64,000 nucleotides of DNA from Lytechinus pictus (Eukaryota). Location of the stretch: NCBI RefSeq assembly GCF_037042905.1, contig NC_087250.1:9922001-9986000 (forward strand). Reading direction: 5' to 3'. The notes below the pieces were generated by a model that saw only the letters and a list, made by a program, of their open reading frames with translations, did no database searches and had not been told where the DNA came from. Made by a program: the position numbers and the translations under genes. Of this stretch, positions 25,410 through 37,752 are shown piece by piece (position 1 is the first letter of the stretch; every line of letters starts with the position of its first letter).

Positions 25410-26133
25410 AAACTTGAACTTAGATGTTGTTTGAAGGTTTGCATGGTGGCATGTACAATCGCTGATGTGGTTTACGGTACACCATGTGGAGTGTTATAGA
25501 AATAGTGGATAGAAGAAGAGAAGAAATGGATTGGCGAGAAAGTGGAGATTTAAAAGTAGAGTATTCTTTCTTGAAAGTAGTCCTGAAAAGGACTGTAAAC
25601 CAGGAAAGTTGATGAGTTGAGAACAGCTTGAGTAGTAGAGCTGATGAGGAGATGCTGGCTTGAGTCGGCGAGTAGAGATGACAGTCAACCTGTCCGAAAC
25701 GTCGAGTCTCCCTACTACTCATCATCTCTACTCGCCGACTCAAGCCAGCATCTCCTCATCAGCTCTACTACTCAATCTGTTCTCAACTCATCAACTTTCC
25801 TGATTTACAGTCCTTTTCAGGACTACTTTCAAGAAAGAATACTCTACTCTCAAATCTCCACTTTCTCGCCTATCAATTTCTTCTATCCACTGTTTCTATA
25901 ATATAGGGTATTTATATCGCGCACATATCCACCTTGTTAGGTGCTCAAGGCGCTCCTATATTACCCGGCTAAGCTAGGCGTTCATAGCGCACACAGCTTT
26001 TTAAGGAATTACTTCCTACCGGTACCCATTTACCTCACCTGGGTTGAGTGCAGCACACTGTGGATCAGTTTCTTGGTGTACCGTAAACACTCCACATGGT
26101 GTACCGTAAACCACATCAGCGAAACTTGAACTT
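25410..26133. mobile_element. Penelope-like terminal repeat in inverted (fold-back) arrangement
   Basis: Arms 25459-25681 pair with 25722-25901 plus 26086-26122. The loop carries GACAGTCAACCTGTC-CGAAACGTCGAG. The whole is flanked by a direct repeat AAACTTGAACTT. Confidence 0.7.
25902..26074 (-). mobile_element. 5'-truncated SINE inserted in the right arm of the fold-back
   Basis: Near-identical, in reverse complement, to the SINE portion at 32353-32525. Confidence 0.9.
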
Positions 26134-26425
26134 GTACGTTGCAAAGGTACGTGGAGTACTTTTCGCGTTGGTATGGCCCCATACTGTTTTTCGCGTCATG
26201 AATTTGTTTCCTCGGCCTCAGTCATTCAATTAAGGTCGTACGTCACGAAATTGCGTCCTTGCGTATAAACTCCATTACCGATGGTACCTACATGTACACA
26301 TTGTTGTGGTCACTTGATTTCTAGTCTCCCGGAACAGACCTTGATTGACACATTAATCAACAGGTGGGTCTTCAGTCTTTTCACAAGACTAGTACATATC
26401 AAACCTATTTCAATCTTTACCTGTA

Positions 26426-26761
26426 CACACTAAGAAATAAAGGTTCAAAATTGAACCCCGAAAGGTTGATGCAAAAGCAGCACCCTATGGGTTCAAAAAT
26501 TGAACCCCTGATTTGGTGTTCAAAAATTGAACCCTGCGGTTGGGGTTCATTTTTGCACCCAGCGTGTTCAAAACTGCACCCCTAGGGGTTCTATTTATAA
26601 TTTAGGGGTGCAGTTTTGAACCCGCAGGGTGCAAAAATGAACCCCAACCGTAGGGTTCAATTTTTGAACCCCAAATCAGGGGTTCAATTTTTGAACCCAC
26701 AGGCTGCTGATTTTGCATCAACCTTTCGGGGTTCAATTTTGAACCTTTATTTCTTAGTGTG
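26426..26761. mobile_element. Almost fully palindromic MITE with TA TSD
   Basis: Ends read TA|CACACTAAGAAATAAAGGTTCAAAATTGAACCCCG ... CGGGGTTCAATTTTGAACCTTTATTTCTTAGTGTG|TA, with internal GGTTCAAAAATTGAACCC sub-repeats. Confidence 0.92.
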
Positions 26762-27426
26762 TATACTGTACGCAAGTCATCACAGTTTGCGTTCATACCA
26801 CCTACCCTCACTCACCCACATACATTACACATAGAATTACACTTGTTCAGTGGTTTACAGATTGGGGGGAGGGGCTCTTAATAAAAATCAGCAAGCAAAT
26901 ACTTATGCTAGTAAGTTCAAACAGTCGCTAACTGCTTGCTAGGATTTGTTTGACGATTGAGCTATTGCTAAAAAGCGTATGCATAAAGCAAACATTTCGC
27001 TTGTGCCAGTAAGCACTTGCTACGGTTTTGCCAAGCTCCGTCAGAACAGCTTGAGCGTTTGCTTGATCAGGGCGTTTGCACTTTTTAATCTGAAGAAAAT
27101 TTGAAGAAATCTTCAGCAATATATTTCATTTCGGAATGTGCATAAAGGTTGTTAATTTCCTACCTCAAATCGTAAAATGTGACATTTTGCGAAATGCCGC
27201 GTATATGACAACCTTGTTAAAAAACTGGACATTTCACAGGAGGTATATTATGTAGGAATCTGAAATGGCTCCCACATAATCCTGATATGTTCCTTTTTTA
27301 TGTGAAAGGTTCAAAGTAGATCAAAAGACACCTTTCAGGCACTTTTAAGCTTCAGTACGCATGATCACCAGATTCTCTGGGATTAGAGTAGACAAGTCAC
27401 CCGTGCCCCCTAGCGGCATCGGCGGC

Positions 27427-27988
27427 CCTGGGGCCACTTCAATTGACGAGTGGATACCATGTGCGACCATGGGATCTCGAAAGGCACCCTAAACAAGTAT
27501 TTTTCATATTCTAAAAATGCACCCCTAAACAAGTATTGGCGTGTAAAACCCTACCCTTAACAAGTATTGGAAACAAAACGATACTCTTGGCAAGTATTCC
27601 ATGAACGAACCCCTAAACAAGTACAGCGATATTTTCATGTTATGTCACGGATGTCGGTCGACGGTTTTACTTTTACCTACATCATTGGGTACGGCCCCAC
27701 CTCCCACAAATCGTACGCTAAACACGTAGTGTTGACTGTTGGGGCAAAAAGTACATCCTTTACATGTATAAAACATTGTAGTCTTAATTGTTTATACCCT
27801 CGCAAATTTGACCCTAAACACGAAGCTTTCCTATAGCGAAATAGATACCCTTTTTCATTATTTTAGTGTTTATGACACCCTTAATAATTATGTTACGTAC
27901 GTAACGTGCCCTATCTTGAAAAAGACATCATTTTTACGTGCTTTTTTTTGGTCGTGCATGGTATCCACTCAACCCCCCCCCCCCCCGG
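27427..27988. mobile_element. MITE with G/C-run termini
   Basis: Inverted motifs GAGTGGATACCATGTGCGACCA / TGGTCGTGCATGGTATCCACTC and internal repeated ACCCTAAACAAGTA. Confidence 0.75.
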
Positions 27989-28391
27989 ATCAGCGGAGAG
28001 GCAGAGACGCGTTGGAGATTGAGGAACATAACAGCGGTCTCCAACTTAATTAGCAATATCTGGCTTACCGTTCTAGACAAAAGGATAATTAGGCTAATTA
28101 GTCCCAAACAGGGCCCACACACAGTGGTGCTTGCCGGGACTTTTCACACACATGTGAGCATTACAGTGATACGTACGGGCGTAATTGGCGGCTTTCGTCG
28201 TTCATGCCATTTGGGCGTGAACGATAGACAATAATACTGACGGCATTTCCGGCCTTCGCTGTTTTGAGGGCCCAATTTTGTGTGCTGTCACCCACGTCCG
28301 CATATGTGGATGTCATGTGACTTATCCAGCCAGTCAGAGACACTGTACATACGACACCTTGGCAGAGTATAATAAGGCCTGTTTTTACAAA

Positions 28392-28584
28392 ACTGGGCGT
28401 TATGGCGTGCACCTGTAATCCAACCTATGTTGGGGGAAAGTTGCAAATTTATGCAGAGGTTCGAGCCCTTGTCACGTCTTTCGGATAAAGACCGATCCCG
28501 TAAATAATCATATCTGTTTGATATACGTCTGACAAAACTCAATAAACACATACACACACACACACCCTCACTCACACACACACA
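28392..28584 (+). mobile_element. SINE-like element with 7SL/Alu-like 5' head, B-box-like motif and (CA)n tail
   Basis: ACTGGGCGTTATGGCGTGCACCTGTAATCCAACCTA resembles the 7SL 5' end. It is followed by GGTTCGAGCCC and a CA-repeat tail. Confidence 0.65.
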
Positions 28585-28706
28585 TTTGCTCATTCTTTGA
28601 AGACAAGAACACACTTGTCGAAACGTCGAGTTTGGGCGGTCCTTTTCAGGACCAACAATGCCCAAGAAAGATACATGGTGTACGTGGAACCTACCACACT
28701 AAATTC
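28585..28706 (+). mobile_element. Penelope-like terminal fragment with minimal hammerhead remnant
   Basis: Reads TTGAA-GACAAG-AACACA-CTTGTC-GAAACGTC-GAG and shares TCCTTTTCAGGAC and CATGGTGTAC with the 25410-26133 element. Confidence 0.6.
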
Positions 28707-30099
28707 GTACAGAAAAAAGGTGATTTAAAGTCTCCTAAGCATGATAAACGGATAAAATTGTAAACTGACGGATGTGACAAATATTGCTGTTTTTACTTGC
28801 ATCATTGTTTCAGTAACGGCATTGATTTGATCAATGTCATCGGCAAGTCATCGTACACTCTCTTAATAGCTCCATGCTTGAAAGTATAGGCAATAATAGG
28901 GTGTGCCTATATTTTGGTACAAATTATCCTCCATTTCCACAAAGATTCTAGGATGTGCCCCCCCCCCCTCACTCGCGCCAGTTTATTCGAAGGATATTTT
29001 GATTGAAGTTTCATTAAATTTATAACCATATTCAAAAGTCCTTGGTATGATACAATTCATAAATGAGAGTCTTATTACCATACCTTAATGACGAAGCGGA
29101 TATAGTATTTGCAATACGCTAAATGTAGGGATTTGCCATGGCCAAAATCATATAAGGTTAGGTGTAGTGCGGGAGCGGAGCGACCGCACGAGAAATTTTT
29201 GCATTTTTAAAAAGCAAAATTTGGCAACTGTAAGCACTTTCACTGCGTTATTTTTATTTTGAATGATGTACTTGTATTCATCATAAAAAACCACAAATAG
29301 TGGGGGACATTTGATATTGCGTCCGCCCCCTTTCCAAAAAGTGAGGGGGACGCGATCCTCTGTCCCCCCACCCCCTGGGATTTCCGCACATGCAACCGCG
29401 TACCATCGATCTGAGTTATAATGAGTGTGTACTCTCCGGATAGTATCCCTGTGATATTTGCAACCCGGATTTGCTAGTAATTTCCACTTGATATACGTTT
29501 GATTTCGACGCATTTTTTTTGTACTTCTATTTCAAATAAAGAACAAAACAAAACATTTTTTTCTCTTTGCGGCCGATAAAGTATATTTCAGTTAACAGTG
29601 ACTCCATATAATACATTACATGAAACATTTAAAAAATCATCTTCGAGAGACAAATATGAATACACAAGCAACATCCGAAAAATCACCTTTTAACATACTG
29701 TTACACTGCAGTTATCAAAATAATAACTGAATATTAAATATATCACAAATTTGTCTCAAAATTACTCGATTTCATTACGATGCCATTCCAGTATGAATGT
29801 GTACACAAAGTCAAAGCCATGAATTATGAACTCGCAAAAACTTTAACCCCATGATTTCGCCATTTAACCAAGGGGGTCCTAAATTTGACATTACCCGCAA
29901 TTGCAGACAAACTGAGCACTACATTAAAGAATATTTGTCCACTGCTACCACACACTGCACAATAACGTGTTTCAAGATTTCAAAATATCATTTCATTTCC
30001 ATTTCGAGTACATATCAAATACAAATGAAATATAACTACAAATCAAGTACAGATCAATCAATAAGAAATGTGCAATATAATAATTTCAGAAGCCCAACA

Positions 30100-30800
30100 C
30101 AAGCTTATAGAAAAGAGTGTCAAATGTATATGGAAATGAGGGGATCCACTAAGAAGCACTTCTTGTAGAGCGTGGATGCTGTCTAACTCATGAATAACAT
30201 AAATACAAGTTTTCAAAGGCTTTCACATAATCAAATTGTACGGCGATGACCGTTCTTGGGAATTTGAACGTGCACAAAACCTTTACCATTTACCAAGTTT
30301 GCGAAAATGCCAATCTATCCTTATTCTCTCCATGACTTTTTTTCTAGGCATGTATTGCTTTTGATATGTTCTCCCCCTCCTCTAACACTAACCTATAAAT
30401 CCCTAGTAACATTGCATGCACACCATTTTAGTATAGGATTGCAGTTCTATTTGCAATTACCATCGTGCTTGCTGGCCTCTTTCGTGCGTTTTAAGGGATC
30501 TTGATCACTTTGTTCTCATTTTAAAAATGCTCACTTTGGTTCTTGGAACTGGGCTAAGTATAAGGCTTTCGTTTGTAGTGTAAAAGTACTAGTCCACAAG
30601 TTTCAAAAGTATCACACATTTTAACAATTCTGATGCAAACCAAAGCTTGGAAATAAATGAGGGTTGGTTTGAATGATCATTTGTATAGAGCGAATACATG
30701 AACTCTAGATGAACCCAGTGTGACCTACGGAGCAGGTTTACACAACAAAAGGTAGTCCACACAGCCAACGGACATTTCGAATTTGAGAAAACTGGGCACA
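30100..30800 (-). mobile_element. Highly degraded non-LTR RT fragment
   Basis: The minus strand contains ..SLYTND...KLWFA.., resembling the RT LYTND/FADD region, with many stops. Confidence 0.35.
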
Positions 30801-31006
30801 ATCTAAAAGCGTCTCAGAGACGCCAAATTAAACTGATGAATCGTTAAATGTGTCTAAAATGTTTTTCATCCTTTATTGTGGTGGTTTTCAAGGTTTTTGA
30901 GGACAAATACAAGTACTCACACACATATTTTTCAGCTTAATTTGAAATCTTATTTTTCTTTTTTCTTTAAAGATAATGCCAAGTACCCTTCAATCATGTC
31001 TTGCGT

Positions 31007-31280
31007 GGAGCGTTGTGGCCCAGTGGATTAGTCTTCTGACTTTGAAACAGAGGGTCGTGGGTTCGAATCCCAGCCATGGCGTAATCTCCTTCGGCAAGAA
31101 ACTCATCCACATCGTGCTGCACTCAACCCAGGTGAGGTGAATGGGTACCCGGGAGGAAGGAATTCCTTGAATGCTTGAGCGCCTAGGTTGCTCAGCTAAA
31201 GCCGGGGTAATAATAATAGCAGGGCCCGCTGGTAGAACAGTTTTCGAAACTGAAGTGGCTACCCTGGGTAAATATACCTA

Positions 31281-31312
<32 letters not shown>
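31007..31312 (+). mobile_element. Full-length tRNA-derived SINE, antisense within the gene B 3' UTR
   Basis: A and B boxes, core and a long (ATT)n tail. Confidence 0.92.
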
Positions 31313-31313
<1 letters not shown>

Positions 31314-31359
31314 GTCAATGTTGATAGTCCAATCACCGGAGGTGGTGAAATAATGATAT

Positions 31360-31445
31360 CTACTCGTGAGGGGAACTATACGATTCAGTCATCCTTTCGA
31401 ATTCATCAGTTATTCCTTGAACATATCCTTCAAGATCTCCTTCAT
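31360..31445 (-). CDS. Gene B terminal coding exon (acidic, Tyr-containing)
   Basis: Acceptor ccttatctttcag|, phase 1, reads (D)EGDLEGYVQGITDEFERMTESYSSPHE* with TAG at 31360-31362. Confidence 0.75.
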
Positions 31446-32181
31446 CTGAAAGATAAGGGAGAACAATACTCACATGGAGTCACTATTATCGTAATCACAA
31501 TTAACACTTTTGATAATGATAGAAATGGGATTTTTTTATTGATAGTCTGTTGTAACATATTCTTAGGTTGTCTGTTTTATTGCAGAACTCCCCATTTTTG
31601 CTCAAAATGTTCATATTATCTATTATCTACGAGTATTCTTATTTACTTACTCTCAGTTTGCGATCATGATATCTAAAAATCAGCCAGGTCAACATCTCTC
31701 GTTTCAATTTTGTACCCTCAATGGAGTGTATCATAAATAGTTCGTAAAGAGTTTTCCATGGTCATTAGATCACTCTGACGATATTTAGGGGTTCACGGTC
31801 AAAATATCAACACCACAATAATAAATCAAGCTATCAATGTACCAAAATGATATAACGACACAATATTACAAATTTGACACATTTCTCACCATATTTCTTC
31901 CTAAATTCCGAAAGTCTCGATCTTGTTTTAGCATGAGCGACATCAACTGTAATTTGGATTAAACAGGAATTTACAAATGCAATGAACTGGAAATTCAAGA
32001 GGAAAAAAGATGGGCTAGGATGGGGTGGGGGTATTATACTTATTAGTTCAAACATCATTTAGGAAGGGCTCTTAAACAAAAGAGAGGAAGATATAAATGC
32101 TCACAAAAAAGAAAGTAAAATCAATCTACGATAATCGAATTGTTTATAGAACAATACTAAACATATCCAAACTGAAGTCAC

Positions 32182-32223
32182 CTGTTTCGTTCTCAGGAGG
32201 CAAAGCATACTCAGCATCATCAT
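32182..32223 (-). CDS. Gene B 42-nt micro-exon (D)DDAEYALPPENET
   Basis: Pyrimidine tract then gaaacgtag|, and donor |gtgact; symmetric phase 1. Confidence 0.75.
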
Positions 32224-32264
32224 CTACGTTTCAAGAAAAAAGAGAAACGGAATAAGTGATAAGT

Positions 32265-32536
32265 GGAGCGTTGTGGCCCAGTGGATTAGTCTTCGGACTT
32301 TGAAACAGAGGGTCGTGGGTTCGAATCCCAGCCATGGCGTAATTTCCTTCAGCAAGAAACTGATCCACAGTGTGCTGCACTCAACCCAGGTGAGGTAAAT
32401 GGGTACCGGTAGGAAGTAATTCCTTAAAAAGCTGTGTGCGCTATGAACGCCTAGCTTAGCCGGGTAATATAGCGCCTTGAGCACCTAACAAGGTGGATAT
32501 GTGCGCAATATAAATATCCTATATTATTATTATTAT
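32265..32536 (+). mobile_element. Full-length tRNA-derived SINE
   Basis: A and B boxes, core and (ATT)n tail. Confidence 0.92.
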
Positions 32537-32592
32537 AAAGAGAGCAGTATGGATAACTATAACGTGATAATTATGTTGGTTTATGTCTGACA

Positions 32593-32652
<60 letters not shown>

Positions 32653-33459
32653 ATCACATATACATACATGTATATTACTGTGAAAGAAATGAATATGCAT
32701 ATTTCAATAAGATTTTCTATTCTATAGAGTTTGTCGGAACATCAGTGCCCAGTCCAACGAAGAGCTGCGATCGATCTGATCACTCGCATCTATGGATAAC
32801 CAGTAGTGTCACCATCTAAACTTCATGTGCGACATGAGTGATCAACATAATATATTTTCTAGATACATGTACGCAGTATTTTCCTAGTTATATCCCTCGT
32901 TTTCTTGAATATTCAAAAATTTTCTCTTTGTTGACAAAGGACATTGGACATAAGGGCATATTTCCTGTAGAATTTTTGGATTTTTAAGTTGATGGATTTC
33001 CATATAGTTTAAGTTGACTGGATCAATCGTAATTCTTTCGTAAGGCGGGGCCCAGGTGTTCTTTTTCATATAGGTTTCAAAACATTATACCATGGATGAA
33101 TCTTTTGTCACTTCATTAGAATGAGAAAAAAATATTTTGGGGCATATTTTCAGTGTTCAAAGGGGAAAGTCGTGTATTATTTTGTTACATTATATTTCTT
33201 GGTCGCATTACCAGTAGGAAGATCTCGACAGCGTTAGTGATCTCGACTTTCAAATGCTCATAACTTTTTATAGCTTGACCAGTCTTGCTCAAAGAATGAT
33301 TGATCTTCTTCTTGATTATTTTTTTCTGCTCTAACAAGCTTACTTGCTCCATGGGTTTAATTTTCGTTTGATGGAAGCCACTTCAGCATAGAAGATAAGA
33401 ACGGGTTTATCGTAAATCTGAGTAGTAACGCGCATAATCTTGTATATTGAAGAACAATA

Positions 33460-34265
33460 TTTGATTTGATTTGATTTGTTTCACATTCCACAAAAACATA
33501 CATCTTGATCATAATTATGAAAACATGACAAAAAATACATAGCTGTAGTATTTTACAAGGCAATACAATTGCGTGAAATATGTGGAACCTATTAAAAAGC
33601 AAAGCTTGTAGACATATAGGTTCCCAGAAGAAAATAATCAAGGATTAAAAACTCCTAACGCAATGAAGCGAGATAAATCAAATAAAAAGTTATCAGTACA
33701 TTATAAAGAGTTCTACATGATAGTCACTCCAGCAAGGCGCTTATACACTAGCGTAAGATTGTAAAAGAAATATTTCCAGCCTACATTTAAAATAATATAA
33801 AGAGGGCGCCTGAATTATATGAGTGTCTAAATTATTCCAAAAGGAAGGCCTTGTAAAAGCAAATGATTTAAGGGCAAGAACAGTGCGCACTGGGTAAATG
33901 TGGAAATTGTGTGCTTGTCGAGTTGGGTAGGAATGGATTTCTTGATTTTAAACAAGCAAATCAGAGAATACACTTGGTAATTCCTGTTTATTTAGTTGAT
34001 ACATAAATATACCAACAAAATAATAATATAAATCGGTTACTTTCAATAACTTGTTTGGATAAAATAGCGGAGTAGTATGAGCCAGAAAGTCAGATGAAGA
34101 AATTATTCTCACGGCTCTTTTTTTAAATTTTAAGTATGGATTCAAGTTTTGTCTTAGAGGCATTTCCCCAGGCTAAAATTCCATTATTCAGATATGGTAA
34201 CAATAAAGTAGAATACAATAATTTCAAAATGTGATGCGGAAAATCAGATTTGAGTTTATTAATGA
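33460..34265 (-). mobile_element. LINE (L2/Crack/CR1 group) 3' fragment
   Basis: KRAVRIISSSDFLAHTTPLFY...LLKVTDLYYY..MYQ is a typical ORF2 C-terminus, followed by an (AATCA)n-type tail near 33460. Confidence 0.8.
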
Positions 34266-35028
34266 CTCCAAGATGAAAGAATTTCTTTTAAAACGAACGG
34301 ATATTCATTGAAAAGAAAATAACCGAAAATGTAGTTCAATATTGTCGATTAGACAAGACCACATATTCTTTACCAAAAAAAGCTAAAAAGAATATAAAAT
34401 ATCAAAGACTATTAGATTCTTTGGCTAAGGCATGCTATAGTAGGATTGGTAGCAGTAGAAAAGTTCTTTATCTGTACAACCTATATACACGTTAGCCGTG
34501 TTCAGACGCAATCTGTTTTGGTGGGAATAAAGTCGGATCAAAGAAGGGCTGGAGGAAGACCAGTCAGAGTATAGTAAGGTAGGAGGAAATTGCAGAGTTG
34601 TGTCCGTCTAGACAGAGGTCATGTGCTTCATCCTACCTAGCTAATCCTGTTTTTTTCCAGGATCACGACTAGCCGGTCCGAGTAAATTACCCGTGTGGAT
34701 GTACGTAGTAGCTGTACTCGGAGTGTCTATGACCTTACGACCTCCCGTAAAACTTCCGGGGTCAAATTGCCATGATGATGATTGCCGCGTTTACACATTG
34801 CCCCGTCTCGCGGGGCAGACCCGAGATAGTTTTGAAAGTTCCATTGATGTTTGTATCCATTGGGTTTATCGTGGAATAAAGCATCGTTAAAAGTTATATT
34901 AGTAACTAGATTTGAACCTCATAAATATAAGTCTACCATCAGAAATATCAAAACTAATCTGGCAAAACAAAAATAGTAATAACAGTAGTATTACAAATGT
35001 TATAAGCAATAAAAGAAATCCGCATCAC

Positions 35029-35070
35029 CTGTACCGGAACTGAAATCTGAATTCATAGAGTAGCCGTCCT
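35029..35070 (-). CDS. Gene B 42-nt micro-exon (E)DGYSMNSDFSSGT
   Basis: Boundaries ttttcttggaacgcag| and |gtgatg; phase 1-1; acceptor context similar to that of the 32182-32223 exon. Confidence 0.75.
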
Positions 35071-35633
35071 CTGCGTTCCAAGAAAATAAAACCAAAGAGA
35101 AGTAATATTAACAGGACAGCCAATTACTAGGATTAGCTATAAATATCTGAAAAGAAATATTTACCGGATTCATGTATGAGAATTGAAAAATCCACAGTTG
35201 AAATACAGAAAAGATTATAGTTCTTATATGGTATATTGGGAATTAATCAGTGGTGTAACAGGCGGGGATAGGCCGCTCCCCCCCGTCGAGATAATTTATA
35301 GGCACTCATTTAGGGCCAACTTTAAAGAACATTCATTTTGATTCTTTGTTCCTTTATGTGTAACGCTAAATATGAACAAGATGACAATCAATAATTTATT
35401 GTTCAAAATAGAATTCTGCAACGTATCATTCAATTGAATATAATTGGTAAAAAACGTACTCGCGTTTTCGGGATAAAATACAGTATATCGTGTCTACTGA
35501 AGAAAAAAGTGAAAGTGGACCCCCCCCCCCCCCAAAAAAAAAAAACACCCCAAAACATGAGTGAAAATCAATGTTTCATTTTATATCAAAGCATGCAACA
35601 TTGTTCATAACGCTCATATGTTATAGTACTTAC

Positions 35634-35690
35634 CTGGATCAGCAAGCGGTGGTCTGTCTTGGATCACAGGTGGTTTTATGATACCAAAAA
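35634..35690 (-). CDS. Gene B micro-exon with shifted acceptor, (V)FGIIKPPVIQDRPPLADP
   Basis: Donor gtaagt. The AG used by its paralogues is deleted; an alternative attatcag 15 nt upstream keeps phase 1-1 (57 nt). Confidence 0.55.
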
Positions 35691-36487
35691 CTGATAATAG
35701 GGGTGTACAGACAGAAAGTGAGTCATTTTGGCAAAAAAAGAGGAAAAAACGCAAATGTCACAACTTGGAAACAAATCAATCTCCTGACATTTTACATGTT
35801 ATAAATAGCGCGCTTTTCGAAAATATCTGGCACAACGTAAACTTTACTAACTTTACTAATAGGATATCATGGTTAATTGTATTGAACAGGTTGAAAGCCT
35901 CGGAAAGTCCAGGAATAATGCAATAGTATGTAAATGTTGATCAACAGCATGTGATAATGTATCGATGCATTTCGCTACGAATTTGAAGTTGATTTTCCCG
36001 GGATTACAATTACTTTTAGAATAGCAAAATCGATTAAAGGGTTGTACAAAGTGTGAAACGAGTCATGAAAAAAAAATGTAGGAGAGCCCCATATTTGGAG
36101 CCCCATATTTTTTTCAGGAACAATAAATAATTCAAAGCATGAGTCGGTGGTGTATGCCGCAGTCCATATTCCTCGGTCACCCAATGCGCGCGTGGTAATT
36201 TATAGGCTCTCATTTAGGGCGACTATTCAAGAACATTCAGTTTGCTTCTTTGGTCCTTGCTTTATGTGTAACGTTAAAGATGAAACAGATGACAATCCAT
36301 AATTTATTGTTCGAAATAGAAGTCTGAAACATATCGTACAATTGAGTATCATTGGTAAAAAAAAAAACGTACTCTCGCTATCGGGATAAGATTATGATAT
36401 CGTGTCTACTGAAAGTGGAAGTTGACCCCCAAAACATGTGAAAATCATGCAACATTCTTTATAACGCTACTATGTTGTAGTACTAAC

Positions 36488-36529
36488 CTGGATCGTCAAG
36501 CGGTGGTCTGTCTGGGATCGCAGGTGATT
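36488..36529 (-). CDS. Gene B 42-nt micro-exon (E)SPAIPDRPPLDDP
   Basis: Boundaries catgatag| and |gttagt; phase 1-1. Confidence 0.78.
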
Positions 36530-37330
36530 CTATCATGTTTATAATAGCAAAAATTGATAAGAGGGGTGTACAGAAAGAAAATGAGTCATTTGGGAAAAAA
36601 AATAAAAAGTGCAAAAAGTCACAACTTGGAAACGAATCAATCTCCTGACATTTTACATATTATAAATAGAGCGCTTTTCGAAAATATCTGGCACAACGTA
36701 AACTTTACCAACTTTACTAATATGATATCATGGTTAATTGTATTGAACAGGTTGAAAGCCTTGGAAAGTCCAGGAATAATGCAATAGTATGTAAATGTTG
36801 ATCAATGGCATGTGATAATGTATCGAAGCATTTCGCTACGAATTTGAAGTTGATTTTCCCGGGATTACAATTACTTTTAGAATAGCAAAATCGATTAAAG
36901 GGTTGTACAAAGTGTGAAACGAGTCATGAAAAAAAAAATGTAGGAGAGCCCCATATTTTTTTCAGGAACAATAAATAATTCAAAGCATGAGTCGGTGGTG
37001 TATGCCGCAGTCCATTCCTCGGTCACCCAATAAGCGCGTGATAATTTATAGGCTCTCATTTAGGGCGACTATTCAAGAACATTCAGTTTGCTTCTTTGGA
37101 CCTTGCTTTATGTGTAACGCTAAAGATGAAACAGATGACAATCCATAATTTATTGTTCGAAATAGAAGTCTGAAACATATCGTACAATTGAGTATCATTG
37201 GTAAAAAAAACGTACTCGCGCTATCGGGATAAGATTATGATATCGTGTCTACTGAAAGTGGAAGTTGACCCCCAAAACATGTGAAAATCATGCAACATTC
37301 TTTATAACGCTACTATGTTGTAGTACTAAC

Positions 37331-37372
37331 CTGGATCGTCAAGCGGTGGTCTGTCAGGGATCGCAGGTGATT
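37331..37372 (-). CDS. Gene B 42-nt micro-exon (E)SPAIPDRPPLDDP
   Basis: Duplicate of the 36488 exon 843 bp away; the one exon difference is synonymous (CCA/CCT). Confidence 0.78.
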
Positions 37373-37720
37373 CTATCATGTTTATGATAGCAAAAATTGA
37401 TAAGAGGGGTGTACAGAAAGAAGGTGAGTCATTTGGGCAAAAAAAAGCGCAAAAAGTCACAACTTGGAAACGAATCAATCTCCTGACATTTTACATGCGC
37501 ACAATAGTTTAAAAAGCGCTTTTCGAAAAAATCTGGCACAACCTGAAGGGTAGTCATAGTTGGTGTATCCCCCACACCTCGCCTACCCGATCCACTTCTG
37601 ACAATTTTTTTATTCAACTACAAGAATATTCATTTTGCTACTTGTCCGCTTGTTAAGTGGTACAAAAAGGGGTTCATGCCCTTTTGAGACAACATATTTA
37701 GTCATAGTGTTCACTAATTA

Positions 37721-37752
<32 letters not shown>

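Noticed and set aside
25641..25706. CTGATGAG at 25641 combined with CGAAACGTC at 25695 as an intact hammerhead
   Set aside because: No complementary stem I flanks the cores and only ~3 bp of stem II are possible. The CTGATGA comes from the inverted arm and looks coincidental.
17784..31360. Genes A and B as one transcript (Pro-rich stalk plus EGF plus lectin)
   Set aside because: The 31360-31445 exon ends in an in-frame TAG with no convincing internal donor and is followed by an AATAAA on the minus strand (~30872). Read-through by exon skipping cannot be excluded without cDNA.
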